Notes under the pieces: model-generated | Seen by the model: only the letters and a program-made list of their open reading frames with translations | What the model was told of the DNA's origin: nothing | The model's database searches: none | Position numbers and translations under genes: made by a program | Assembly (NCBI GenBank): GCA_046349015.1 | Contig: JAXMDE010000017.1 | Span: 9,363 to 73,362 of the forward strand | Direction of reading: 5' to 3' | DNA from: Bradyrhizobium sp. | GTDB lineage: Bacteria; Pseudomonadota; Alphaproteobacteria; Rhizobiales; Xanthobacteraceae | DNA: 64,000 bases | Shown here: positions 36,926-45,560 of the stretch, in pieces | Layout of the letters: each line of letters opens with the position of its first letter | Numbering within the stretch: the first letter of the stretch is position 1

Positions 36926-38149
36926 ATGAAACGGATTCTCCTCTTTATCGCCGGCATGGCTGCCGGTATCGCCGTCATCGTCGCGGTGGCTGCCGTCACC
37001 GGCTGGCCGGCCTCGCTCACGGGCCATGACCAGGCTGACACCATCAGCGCCGGCAAGGGCGGCGCCCGCGGTCAGGACGTTCCGCCGCGCGTCGCGCTCA
37101 CGGAGCAGCAGATCCGCGACAACGGCATCGCGCTCGCGCAGGCCAGGGGCGGCACGCTGCGGCGTCACTTCCTCGCACCGGGCTCGCTCGTCCCCGACGC
37201 CGACAATGTCGCGCGCGTCTCGGTACACCTGCTCGGCACGGTCGCCGAATTGCGCAAGAAGCTCGGCGACAGCGTCGAGAAGGACGAGATCGTGGCGGCC
37301 ATCGAAAGCCGCGAGGTCGCCGATGCCAAGAGCGAATATCTTGCCGCACGCGTCACCAACGAGTTGCGGCAGACCCTGTTCAATCGCCAGAAGGCCCTGG
37401 TCGAGAGCCGCGCCGTTTCCGAGAACGAGTTCCTGCGCACCCAGCTCACCGCCAACGAGGCGCAGATCAAGCTCGACGGCGCGCGGCAAAAATTGTTCGC
37501 GCTCGGCCTGTCGGAAAGCGAGATCTCCGATCTGCCGAACCAGCCGCCGGAAAGCCTGCGCAGGCTGTATCTGCGATCGCCGATCGCCGGGCGCGTCTCC
37601 GAGCGCCGCGTCGACCTCGGCGGAATGACGGGGCGCGGAGGCCCGGAGAGCGAGCTGTTCGTCATCGTCAACCTCGACACCATCTGGGTCGATCTTGCCG
37701 TCTCGCCGGAAGACATCGCCTCGATACGCGAAGGCAGCCCGGTCGCGATCCGCGCCGTCGGCATCGAGGGCGCGGCGGAAGCAAAGATCGTCTTCGTCAG
37801 CCCCTTGCTCGACCGCGAGACCCGCAACGCGCGCGTGATCGCCAGCCTGCCGAATCCCGGCCATCGATGGCAGCCCGGCACCTTCGTCACCGCGGAGATT
37901 GCGCTCGGCAACGGGGCGGCGCAGGTCGTCGTGCCGCGCCGTGCGCTGCAGACCGTCAGGGGCGTGCCGACCCTGTTCGTGCGCGACGCCCACGGCTTCG
38001 AGGCGCGCCAGGTGAGGACGGGCCGCGAGGACGACGACGACATCGAGATCGTCAGCGGCATTGCGCCGGGCGAGACCATCGCCGTCGCCAACACCTTCAC
38101 GCTGAAGGCCGAGCTGGAAAAGGCCGAGGCCTCGGAAGGCGAGCATTGA
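36926..38149 (+). CDS. czcB: heavy-metal RND efflux periplasmic adaptor (CzcB-like)
   Basis: N-terminal TM, LRSPIAGRV, LDRETR, PGTFV, VRTGR; ends in EGEH. Confidence 0.85.
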   Translation: MKRILLFIAGMAAGIAVIVAVAAVTGWPASLTGHDQADTISAGKGGARGQDVPPRVALTEQQIRDNGIALAQARGGTLRRHFLAPGSLVPDADNVARVSVHLLGTVAELRKKLGDSVEKDEIVAAIESREVADAKSEYLAARVTNELRQTLFNRQKALVESRAVSENEFLRTQLTANEAQIKLDGARQKLFALGLSESEISDLPNQPPESLRRLYLRSPIAGRVSERRVDLGGMTGRGGPESELFVIVNLDTIWVDLAVSPEDIASIREGSPVAIRAVGIEGAAEAKIVFVSPLLDRETRNARVIASLPNPGHRWQPGTFVTAEIALGNGAAQVVVPRRALQTVRGVPTLFVRDAHGFEARQVRTGREDDDDIEIVSGIAPGETIAVANTFTLKAELEKAEASEGEH

Positions 38150-38150
38150 C

Positions 38151-41100
38151 ATGATCGAGCGGATCATCGATTTCGCCATCCGCCGCGGCTGGGTGATACT
38201 CGCCGCAGGCCTTGCCGTCGCCGGCTTCGGCGCCTTTGCGCTGACGAAATTGCCGATCGACGCGGTGCCCGACATCACCAACAAGCAGGTGCTGATCAAC
38301 ACCGTCGCGCCGGCGCTATCGCCCACAGAGATCGAAAAGCAGATCGCCTTTCCGATCGAGACGGCGCTCGCCGGGGCGCCTGGCCTGGAAAGCACGCGCT
38401 CGCTGTCGCGTAACGGATTTTCACAGATCACTGCCGTGTTCAGCGAGGCTACCTCCATCTATTTCGCGCGCCAGCAGGTCGGCGAGCGCCTGAACGAGGT
38501 TCGTGCGCGCCTGCCGCAGGGCGTCGAACCCCGCATCGGCCCGATCTCGACGGGGCTCGGCGAGATCACGATGTGGACCGTGCATTTCGCCGGCAAGCCG
38601 GCCGAACGTGATGGCGCGCCCGGCCTGCAGCGCGACGGCCGCTTCCTTACGCCCGACGGGCAATGGCTCGACAGCCAGGTCGAGCGGGACGCGTATTTGC
38701 GCACCGTGCAGGACTGGATCGTCAGGCCGCAGATCAAGATGGTGGCCGGCGTCGCCGGCGTGGACGCCATCGGCGGCTATCTCAAGCAGTATCAGGTCAA
38801 CCCGGATGCGGCGAAGCTGATCGCGCTCGGCCTTACCTTTGCCGACGTCGCGAAAGCCATCGAGGCCAACAATGTCAGCCGCGGCGCCCGCTACATCGAG
38901 CGCAACGGCGAGGGCATCGTCGTGCGCTCCGGCGGACGGCTGGAAAACATCGGGGAGCTCGGCTCCGTCGTCGTCTCCACTCGCGGCGGCGTGCCGGTGC
39001 GCGTGCGCGATCTCGCTACCGTCTCGATCGGCGGCGAGACCCGCACCGGCAGCGCCAGCGCGAACGGCCGCGAGGTGGTGGTTGGCACCGCGCTGATGCT
39101 GATCGGCGCCAACAGCCGCACGGTGTCGGCGGCGGTCGACGCCAAGCTGCGCGCCATCGCGCCGACGCTGCCGCCGGGCGTCGAGGTCACCACGGTGCTC
39201 GATCGCACCCAGCTGGTCGATGCCACCATCGGCACTGTCGCGCAAAACCTCGGCGAAGGTGCGCTGCTCGTCATCGCCGTGCTGTTCCTGCTGCTCGGCA
39301 ATTTCCGCGCCGCGCTGATCACGGCGCTCGTCATTCCGCTCGCCATGCTGATGACGGCGATCGGCATGTGGCAGGGCCGCATCAGCGCCAATCTCATGAG
39401 TCTCGGCGCGCTCGACTTCGGACTGATCGTCGACGGCGCCGTCATCATCACCGAGAACTGCCTGCGCCGTCTTGCCGGCAAGCAGCACGAGTTGGGTCGG
39501 CTGCTGACGCGCGAGGAACGGATGGCCACTGTGCGCGCCTCCGCGGTCGAGATGGTGAAGCCCAGCCTTTACGGGCAGGCGATCATTCTCCTGGTCTATG
39601 TGCCGCTGCTGAGCTTCAGCGGCGTCGAAGGCAAGATGTTCGAACCGATGGCGCTCACCGTGATCCTCGCGCTCGCTGCCGCGTTCCTGCTGTCGTTGAC
39701 GCTGGTTCCCGCGCTGATCGCCATCGGCCTTACCGGCCGCGTGCAGGAAAGCGAGAACCGCCTTGTCGCGGCCGCCAAGCGTGCCTATCGCCCGCTGCTG
39801 CGTTACGCGATGGCTTCGCAGCTTCCCGTCGTTGCCGCCGCGATCGTGCTGTTCGTCCTCGCCTTGTTCGGCTTCACCCGGCTCGGCCAGGAGTTCATCC
39901 CGACGCTCGACGAGAAGAACATCGCGATGCACGCCATCCGCATTCCCTCGGCGGGGCTGACGCAGTCGCAGGCGATGCAGCTGTCGGTGGAAAAGGCGGT
40001 CAGCCGGCTGCCGCAGGTCGCCTTCGTGTTCTCCAAGACCGGCACCGCCGATCTGGCGGGCGACCCGATGCCGCCGAATGCCTCCGACACCTTCATCATC
40101 GTGAAGCCCCGCGAGACATGGCCCGATCCCTCGCTGCCGAAGGAGGCGCTGATCGAGGAGATTTCGAAGGCCGTCGGCCGCTTGCCGGGCAACGCCTATG
40201 AATTCACCCAGCCGATCCAGATGCGCTTCAACGAGCTGCTGGCCGGCGTGCGCGGCGACATCGCGGTCAAGATTTTCGGCGACGAGTTCGAGCCGATGCT
40301 GCGTGCGGCGAACGACGTCGCGGCTAGCCTGCGTGGCGTGCCTGGCGCGGTCGATGTCAAGGTCGAGCAGGCAGGCGGCCTGCCGGTGCTCGAGATCAAG
40401 GCCGACAAGGCGGCGATCTCGCGGCGGGGTCTCAGCGTCTCCGCGGTGCAGGACGTGATAGGCGCCGCTGTCGGCGGTCAGGAGGCCGGCGTGATCTTCG
40501 AGGGCGACCGCAGCTTCGACATCATGGTGCGGCTGCCGGAAAGCGTGCGCGCCGATCTCGAGGCGTTGAGCAACCTGCCGGTGGCGCTGCCGAGGGCTGC
40601 GGCCAATGCGCCCGCGCAAAGCGTGCCGCTCAATCGCGTGGCAAGCTTTTCCTTTGCCGAGGGACCGAACCAGATCAGCCGGGAAAACGGCAAGCGCCGC
40701 ATCGTCGTCACGGCCAATGTGCGCGGCCGCGATCTCGGCTCGGTCGTGGCCGAAGCCCAGCAGCGGGTTGCGCGCAATTTGAAACTGCCGCCCGGCTACT
40801 GGATCACCTGGGGAGGCCAGTCGGAAAATCTCGCCGCCGCGCGCCAGCGCCTCGCCATTGTCGTGCCCGCCTGCTTTGTCATGATCTTCCTGCTGCTGCT
40901 GGGCGCGATGGGCTCGGCGCGCGACGCGGCGCTGGTGTTCAGTGCGATACCGCTGGCGCTGACGGGCGGCGTCTTCGCATTGTGGCTGCGTGGCATGCCG
41001 TTCTCGATCTCGGCCGCCGTCGGCTTCATAGCGCTGTCGGGTGTAGCCGTGCTCAACGGCCTCGTCATGCTGAGCTTCATCCGGCAGCTGCGCGAGCAGG

Positions 41101-41384
41101 GCCTGCCGCTTGCGGCGGCGATCGAGGAGGGCGCCCTGACACGCTTCCGCCCCGTCATCATGACCGCGCTGGTTGCTTCGCTCGGCTTCCTGCCGATGGC
41201 GTTTGCCACGGGCACCGGTGCCGAAGTGCAGAAGCCGCTGGCAACCGTCGTCATCGGCGGCCTGATCAGTGCCACACTGCTGACCCTTGCCGTACTGCCG
41301 GCGCTGTACATGCGATATGGCAGGAAAATCGGGACAACCGCGCCAGCCGGCGTTCAACAGCTTTCATCAGGGCCGGCCGGGTGA
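38151..41384 (+). CDS. czcA: CzcA-family divalent heavy-metal RND permease
   Basis: LPIDAVPDITN, SANLMSLGALDFGLIVDGAVIITEN (CzcA-type TM4), RFRPVIMT and GAEVQKPLATVVIGG. Confidence 0.92.
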   Translation: MIERIIDFAIRRGWVILAAGLAVAGFGAFALTKLPIDAVPDITNKQVLINTVAPALSPTEIEKQIAFPIETALAGAPGLESTRSLSRNGFSQITAVFSEATSIYFARQQVGERLNEVRARLPQGVEPRIGPISTGLGEITMWTVHFAGKPAERDGAPGLQRDGRFLTPDGQWLDSQVERDAYLRTVQDWIVRPQIKMVAGVAGVDAIGGYLKQYQVNPDAAKLIALGLTFADVAKAIEANNVSRGARYIERNGEGIVVRSGGRLENIGELGSVVVSTRGGVPVRVRDLATVSIGGETRTGSASANGREVVVGTALMLIGANSRTVSAAVDAKLRAIAPTLPPGVEVTTVLDRTQLVDATIGTVAQNLGEGALLVIAVLFLLLGNFRAALITALVIPLAMLMTAIGMWQGRISANLMSLGALDFGLIVDGAVIITENCLRRLAGKQHELGRLLTREERMATVRASAVEMVKPSLYGQAIILLVYVPLLSFSGVEGKMFEPMALTVILALAAAFLLSLTLVPALIAIGLTGRVQESENRLVAAAKRAYRPLLRYAMASQLPVVAAAIVLFVLALFGFTRLGQEFIPTLDEKNIAMHAIRIPSAGLTQSQAMQLSVEKAVSRLPQVAFVFSKTGTADLAGDPMPPNASDTFIIVKPRETWPDPSLPKEALIEEISKAVGRLPGNAYEFTQPIQMRFNELLAGVRGDIAVKIFGDEFEPMLRAANDVAASLRGVPGAVDVKVEQAGGLPVLEIKADKAAISRRGLSVSAVQDVIGAAVGGQEAGVIFEGDRSFDIMVRLPESVRADLEALSNLPVALPRAAANAPAQSVPLNRVASFSFAEGPNQISRENGKRRIVVTANVRGRDLGSVVAEAQQRVARNLKLPPGYWITWGGQSENLAAARQRLAIVVPACFVMIFLLLLGAMGSARDAALVFSAIPLALTGGVFALWLRGMPFSISAAVGFIALSGVAVLNGLVMLSFIRQLREQGLPLAAAIEEGALTRFRPVIMTALVASLGFLPMAFATGTGAEVQKPLATVVIGGLISATLLTLAVLPALYMRYGRKIGTTAPAGVQQLSSGPAG

Positions 41385-41459
41385 GAGGCAACCAATTGGA
41401 GGCGGCACGCGGCGACATCCGGCGCATGCGGCTGGCGCGGCCACAGGATAGGAGAAGGA

Positions 41460-42377
41460 ATGGCACACAGCCACGATCATGGTTCAGGCCATGGCCATGC
41501 GCCGGCGGATTTCGGCAGGGCCTTTGCAATCGGAATCGCACTCAACTCCGGCTTCGTCCTCGCGGAAGCCGTGTTCGGCTTTCTCAGCAATTCGACCGCG
41601 TTGCTGGCCGACGCCGGTCATAATCTCAGCGACGTGCTGGGACTGCTGGTCGCCTGGGGTGCGGCGTCGCTCGCCCGGCGCGCGCCCGCGGGCCGCTTCA
41701 CATACGGGCTGCGGGGTTCTTCCATTCTGGCCGCCTTGTTCAACGCCATCTTCCTGCTGGTGTCGGTGGGCGCGATCGGATGGGAGTCCATTCTGCGTCT
41801 GATGCAACCCGAACCGGTCGCAGGCGTCACGGTGATGATCGTGGCCGGCCTCGGCATCGTCATCAATGCTGCCACGGCACTGATGTTCGTCAGTGGACGG
41901 AAGGCGGATATCAATATTGAAGGCGCGTTCCTCCACATGGCTGCGGATGCGGCCGTTTCGTTTGGCGTGGTGATCGCGGCAGGACTCATCCTGTGGACGG
42001 GTTGGAACTGGATTGATCCCGTCATGAGCCTCGGAATTTGCGGCGTCATCCTCTGGAGCACCTATGGCCTGCTGCGCAGCTCCGTGAACATGTCCCTCGA
42101 TGCGGTGCCGCCAGGCGTGGATGTCGATGCGGTGCGCACGTTTCTGCGGGCGTTGTCGGGCGTGACCCAGGTGCACGACCTGCACATCTGGTCGATCAGC
42201 ACCACCGAGACAGCGTTGACTTGTCATGTCGTGATTCCATCAGGCCATCCTGGCGATCAGTTCCTGGTCGACGCCGCGCACGAACTGGCGCATGATTTCA
42301 AGATAGGGCACGCCACGATCCAGATCGAGGTGAGCGAGGATACGCCGTGCGCGCTTGCTCCCGACGAGGTGGTTTAG
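41460..42377 (+). CDS. czcD: cation diffusion facilitator (CzcD-like)
   Basis: His-rich N-terminus, LLADAGHNLSD, AFLHMAAD, HDLHIW and HATIQIE. Confidence 0.9.
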   Translation: MAHSHDHGSGHGHAPADFGRAFAIGIALNSGFVLAEAVFGFLSNSTALLADAGHNLSDVLGLLVAWGAASLARRAPAGRFTYGLRGSSILAALFNAIFLLVSVGAIGWESILRLMQPEPVAGVTVMIVAGLGIVINAATALMFVSGRKADINIEGAFLHMAADAAVSFGVVIAAGLILWTGWNWIDPVMSLGICGVILWSTYGLLRSSVNMSLDAVPPGVDVDAVRTFLRALSGVTQVHDLHIWSISTTETALTCHVVIPSGHPGDQFLVDAAHELAHDFKIGHATIQIEVSEDTPCALAPDEVV

Positions 42378-42497
42378 CATGGGAGGGTCTTTGCTCTCCG
42401 GAGGTATTTCACCTGCCCCGCACCGCCGTTACGACCAGTAAACGGGCGTGAAGGAAGATGGCGCTTGCTGCAGCCGGTACGAATTTTCCGAAATTGC

Positions 42498-42526
42498 TTG
42501 ACAATTACGTAAATCGGAAGTATCTT
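42498..42526 (+). promoter_or_regulatory. sigma70 promoter preceding the structured element
   Basis: TTGACA(42498-503)-N17-TATCTT(42521-526). Confidence 0.6.
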
Positions 42527-42532
42527 CCACCC

Positions 42533-42947
42533 CAGCCCGTGTCGCTCAGAGGGACGTTCGCGCGACCGTCACGCAACGTGGCGCGGGTTGCGATGGACGC
42601 TTGCCGCGTCAGGTGATCTCCACCCGACGAAACGCGGGCAGCGTACGGCGAAGTCGTGTGGTCCTGGCGCCGCGACCCTGGCGTCTATCCGGCCCGCCCG
42701 TGCGGGCACGGCAACGGTGACAATTAAGGCCGCTCACCGGGGAGAGCTCGAAGGAAGCCGTCAAACCATTGCGCGGGGAAAGCCGGGATGTCTCGGCTGA
42801 ACCTGTAGTGACGACCGCTCGTTTGCTTCTTTCATTCCGGCAAACGAGGCTATGGGTGCGGCCAGCGCCCGGCTTTCCCTGCGCCCTCTGTTCACAAGAG
42901 GGAGCACGAAGAGGCAAAACCCGGGCGAAAACGCGCCGCGGGAACGC
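42533..42947 (+). ncRNA. large structured non-coding element (candidate ncRNA or non-autonomous mobile RNA)
   Basis: At least 10 helices found by eye, including the 17-bp 42771-787/42868-884 pair and CAGAGGG/CCCTCTG end pairing. No credible ORF. Confidence 0.55.
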
Positions 42948-43075
42948 TGTCGGTTGCTTGAATCGGCATAGGAAGATTTGGGGTGCCGGGGCGACGGCTC
43001 GGGGGCCAGTCTGCGCCGCAGTCCCACCGCAACCCGCTACCTGCGGCCATAATTCCCGGTCGCAATTCCCCTTTG

Positions 43076-43091
43076 GTAACCTAGCATTAAC
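43076..43091 (+). promoter_or_regulatory. near-consensus CtrA box upstream of tolQ
   Basis: GTAA-cctagca-TTAAC (consensus TTAA-N7-TTAA). Confidence 0.5.
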
Positions 43092-43279
43092 CGAGATTAT
43101 CGTTTGGTTAGGGACGCAAAGCCGCGGGAGAAAGCCTTCGTTTTGACATGTTGGCAGGGGAATTCGGACCCGGCTTTGGACGGGCCCCCAGACGACACAA
43201 TGAAGGCGTTCGCGCGGGCATTTCGCCACCTGGTGGCGGTGAGCCGGCAGCCATTTGCTCCCGGACGTTTTTGGGACGG

Positions 43280-43324
43280 AGCGTGATCCGAAAAAGCGGG
43301 ACCGGTTTTTCGGAAGATCATGCT
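43280..43324. repeat. AGC(A/G)TGATC...GATCATGCT palindromic repeat, copy 4
   Basis: agcgtgatccgaaaaagcgggaccggtttttcggaagatcatgct in the tolQ leader. Confidence 0.7.
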
Positions 43325-43385
43325 GATGGGAAGGTGGAGCGCGGTGACGTCGTCGTCATCCCGCTTCGTTGAGAGGATACCGCCG

Positions 43386-44087
43386 ATGGATAACGCCGCA
43401 TTGCCGATCATGCCGGCAGCCGACGTATCGCTGATCGCGCTGTTCCTTCAGGCCCACTGGGTCGTGAAGACGGTCATGCTCGGGCTGCTCGCGTGCTCGG
43501 TCTGGGTCTGGGCGATCGCCATCGACAAGATCTTCCTCTATTCGCGGACCCGCCGCGCCATGGACCGCTTCGAGCAGGCGTTCTGGTCGGGACAATCGAT
43601 CGAGGAACTCTACCGGTCATTGTCGGCCAAGCCGACGCAATCGATGGCGGCCTGCTTCGTTGCCGCCATGCGTGAGTGGAAGCGCTCCTTCGAGAGCCAT
43701 TCACGCTCCATTGCAGGCCTCCAGGCCCGCATCGAGAAGGTGATGAACGTCTCGATTGCGCGCGAGGTGGAGCGGCTGGAGCGGCGGCTATTGGTGCTGG
43801 CGACGGTCGGTTCCGCCGGGCCCTTTGTCGGCCTGTTCGGTACCGTCTGGGGCATCATGTCGAGCTTCCAGTCGATCGCGGCGTCGAAAAACACCTCGCT
43901 GGCGGTGGTGGCCCCGGGTATCGCAGAAGCCCTGTTTGCCACCGCCATCGGCCTGATCGCCGCAATTCCGGCGACAATTTTCTATAATAAGTTCATCTCG
44001 GAGGTGAACCGGCAGGCCCAGCGGTTGGAGGGGTTTGCGGACGAGTTTTCGGCAATTCTTTCCCGCCAGATTGACGAGCGGGGCTGA
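43386..44087 (+). CDS. tolQ: Tol-Pal system protein TolQ
   Basis: FEQAFWSG, LATVGSAGPFVGLFGTVWGIM and VAPGIAEALFATAIGL motifs. Confidence 0.96.
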   Translation: MDNAALPIMPAADVSLIALFLQAHWVVKTVMLGLLACSVWVWAIAIDKIFLYSRTRRAMDRFEQAFWSGQSIEELYRSLSAKPTQSMAACFVAAMREWKRSFESHSRSIAGLQARIEKVMNVSIAREVERLERRLLVLATVGSAGPFVGLFGTVWGIMSSFQSIAASKNTSLAVVAPGIAEALFATAIGLIAAIPATIFYNKFISEVNRQAQRLEGFADEFSAILSRQIDERG

Positions 44088-44130
44088 TGCGGCGGTATCA
44101 TATGGTGGCAGCGGCGGTGAGCACCATATC

Positions 44131-44595
44131 ATGGGCATGAGCACGGGAGGCTCGGGCGGCGGTCGCCGCGGCGGCCGCAAGTCTGTCATGGCCGAAATCA
44201 ACGTCACGCCCATGGTGGACGTGATGCTGGTGCTGCTCATCATCTTCATGGTGGCCGCGCCCCTGATGACGAGCTCGATCGACATCGACCTGCCGATAGC
44301 CAAGGGCGGCAACCCGACGGCGTCCAACGCGCCACCGCTGACGCTGTCGGTGAAGCGGACGGGCGGTGGCTGCAATTCCAATGTCGAGCTCTATCTCGGC
44401 GACACCCAGATTTCGAACGAGGAACTGCTGCCGAAGATCAAGGCGATCCGCGAGACGCGGACGGACGCGGACAACGTGGTCTTCCTGCGCGGCGACAAGG
44501 ATGTCTGCTACACTGACATGATGAAGATGTTGGGGAACATCAAGGCTGCGGGGTTCAAGGCGAATATCGTGATCATTCCCGAGCAGGGCTCCTGA
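44131..44595 (+). CDS. tolR: Tol-Pal system protein TolR
   Basis: EINVTPMVDVMLVLLIIFMV and LRGDK motifs. Confidence 0.93.
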   Translation: MGMSTGGSGGGRRGGRKSVMAEINVTPMVDVMLVLLIIFMVAAPLMTSSIDIDLPIAKGGNPTASNAPPLTLSVKRTGGGCNSNVELYLGDTQISNEELLPKIKAIRETRTDADNVVFLRGDKDVCYTDMMKMLGNIKAAGFKANIVIIPEQGS

Positions 44596-44598
44596 AGA

Positions 44599-45519
44599 GT
44601 GAAGGTCAAGGTCGACAAGACGGTGCTCGCATCCGTTGCCCTGCACGTGCTCGTGCTGGGGGCGGTGATGCTGACATTTTCGACCAAGGCGCTGGAAGTG
44701 CAGCCGGAAGAATCCGTCGGTGTCGACATCTCCCTGGAGTCGCAGGTTGCGGCCGGCATGAAGACCGCCAAGAAGGAAGAGAAGAAGCCGCTGGTCGAGA
44801 AGGTCGCCGCGGCCAAGCCCGTGGACGATGCCGTCGGCAAGATCAGCGAGAAGCAGCCGGTCGTGACTGAGACGGCGCCGGCGCCGCAGCCGAAGGCGGA
44901 AGAAAAGCCGGTCGAGAAAAAGCCCGATCCGCCCAAGGTCGTCGAGAAGACGAAGGAAGAGCCGAAGCCGGAGGAGAAGAAGCCGGAGCCGGCGGTCGAC
45001 CCGATTGCGGAAGCGATCAAGAAGGAACAGAAGAAGCCGACGCCGCCGAAGCCGCCCGTGCAGGCCGCCAAGCCGCCGGAGCAGATCAAGATCAAGGAGC
45101 GTCACTTCGATCAGTCGCAGATCGCAGCCCTGATCGACAAGCGCGATCCGTCCCGGCAGGCGGTCACCGGCGAAACTTTGAACTCGAACGCTTCGCTCGG
45201 CATGTCCAAGGGACGCGCGGCGGACAACTCCGCCACCTGGGGCGCGATGTTCCGCCGTCAGGTGGAGAACTGCTGGAAGAAGCCCTATGGCGGCATCGAG
45301 CAGGAGCGGCCGGAAGTCGCCTTCAACATCCGCCTGAAAAAGGACGGCACGCTAGAAGCAATGCCGTCGCCTGACGGCACGCCGCCGACGCCTTACGCAC
45401 GCGCCTATTCCGAAAGCGCGTTGCGCGCGATCATCCAGTGCCAGCCGTATAATTTGCCTGCGCAGTTCTTCGACGAGTGGAAGGCCTTTACGCCGGTCTT
45501 CCAGGAACGGCCGATCTGA
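44599..45519 (+). CDS. tolA: cell envelope integrity protein TolA
   Basis: N-terminal TM with the S..H motif (SVALH), Lys/Pro/Glu-rich linker, C-terminal domain (CW...RAIIQCQPY). Confidence 0.88.
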   Translation: MKVKVDKTVLASVALHVLVLGAVMLTFSTKALEVQPEESVGVDISLESQVAAGMKTAKKEEKKPLVEKVAAAKPVDDAVGKISEKQPVVTETAPAPQPKAEEKPVEKKPDPPKVVEKTKEEPKPEEKKPEPAVDPIAEAIKKEQKKPTPPKPPVQAAKPPEQIKIKERHFDQSQIAALIDKRDPSRQAVTGETLNSNASLGMSKGRAADNSATWGAMFRRQVENCWKKPYGGIEQERPEVAFNIRLKKDGTLEAMPSPDGTPPTPYARAYSESALRAIIQCQPYNLPAQFFDEWKAFTPVFQERPI

Positions 45520-45560
45520 GCGCAGACAAGCAGCCCGCCCAATCCAGGTTGAAGTGACCG

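Noticed and set aside
38421-41357. 978-aa minus-strand ORF
   Set aside because: Antisense shadow of czcA.
42588-43229. ORFs of 70-206 aa across the structured element
   Set aside because: No RBS or motifs, atypical composition and mutually overlapping; base-pairing explains the region better.
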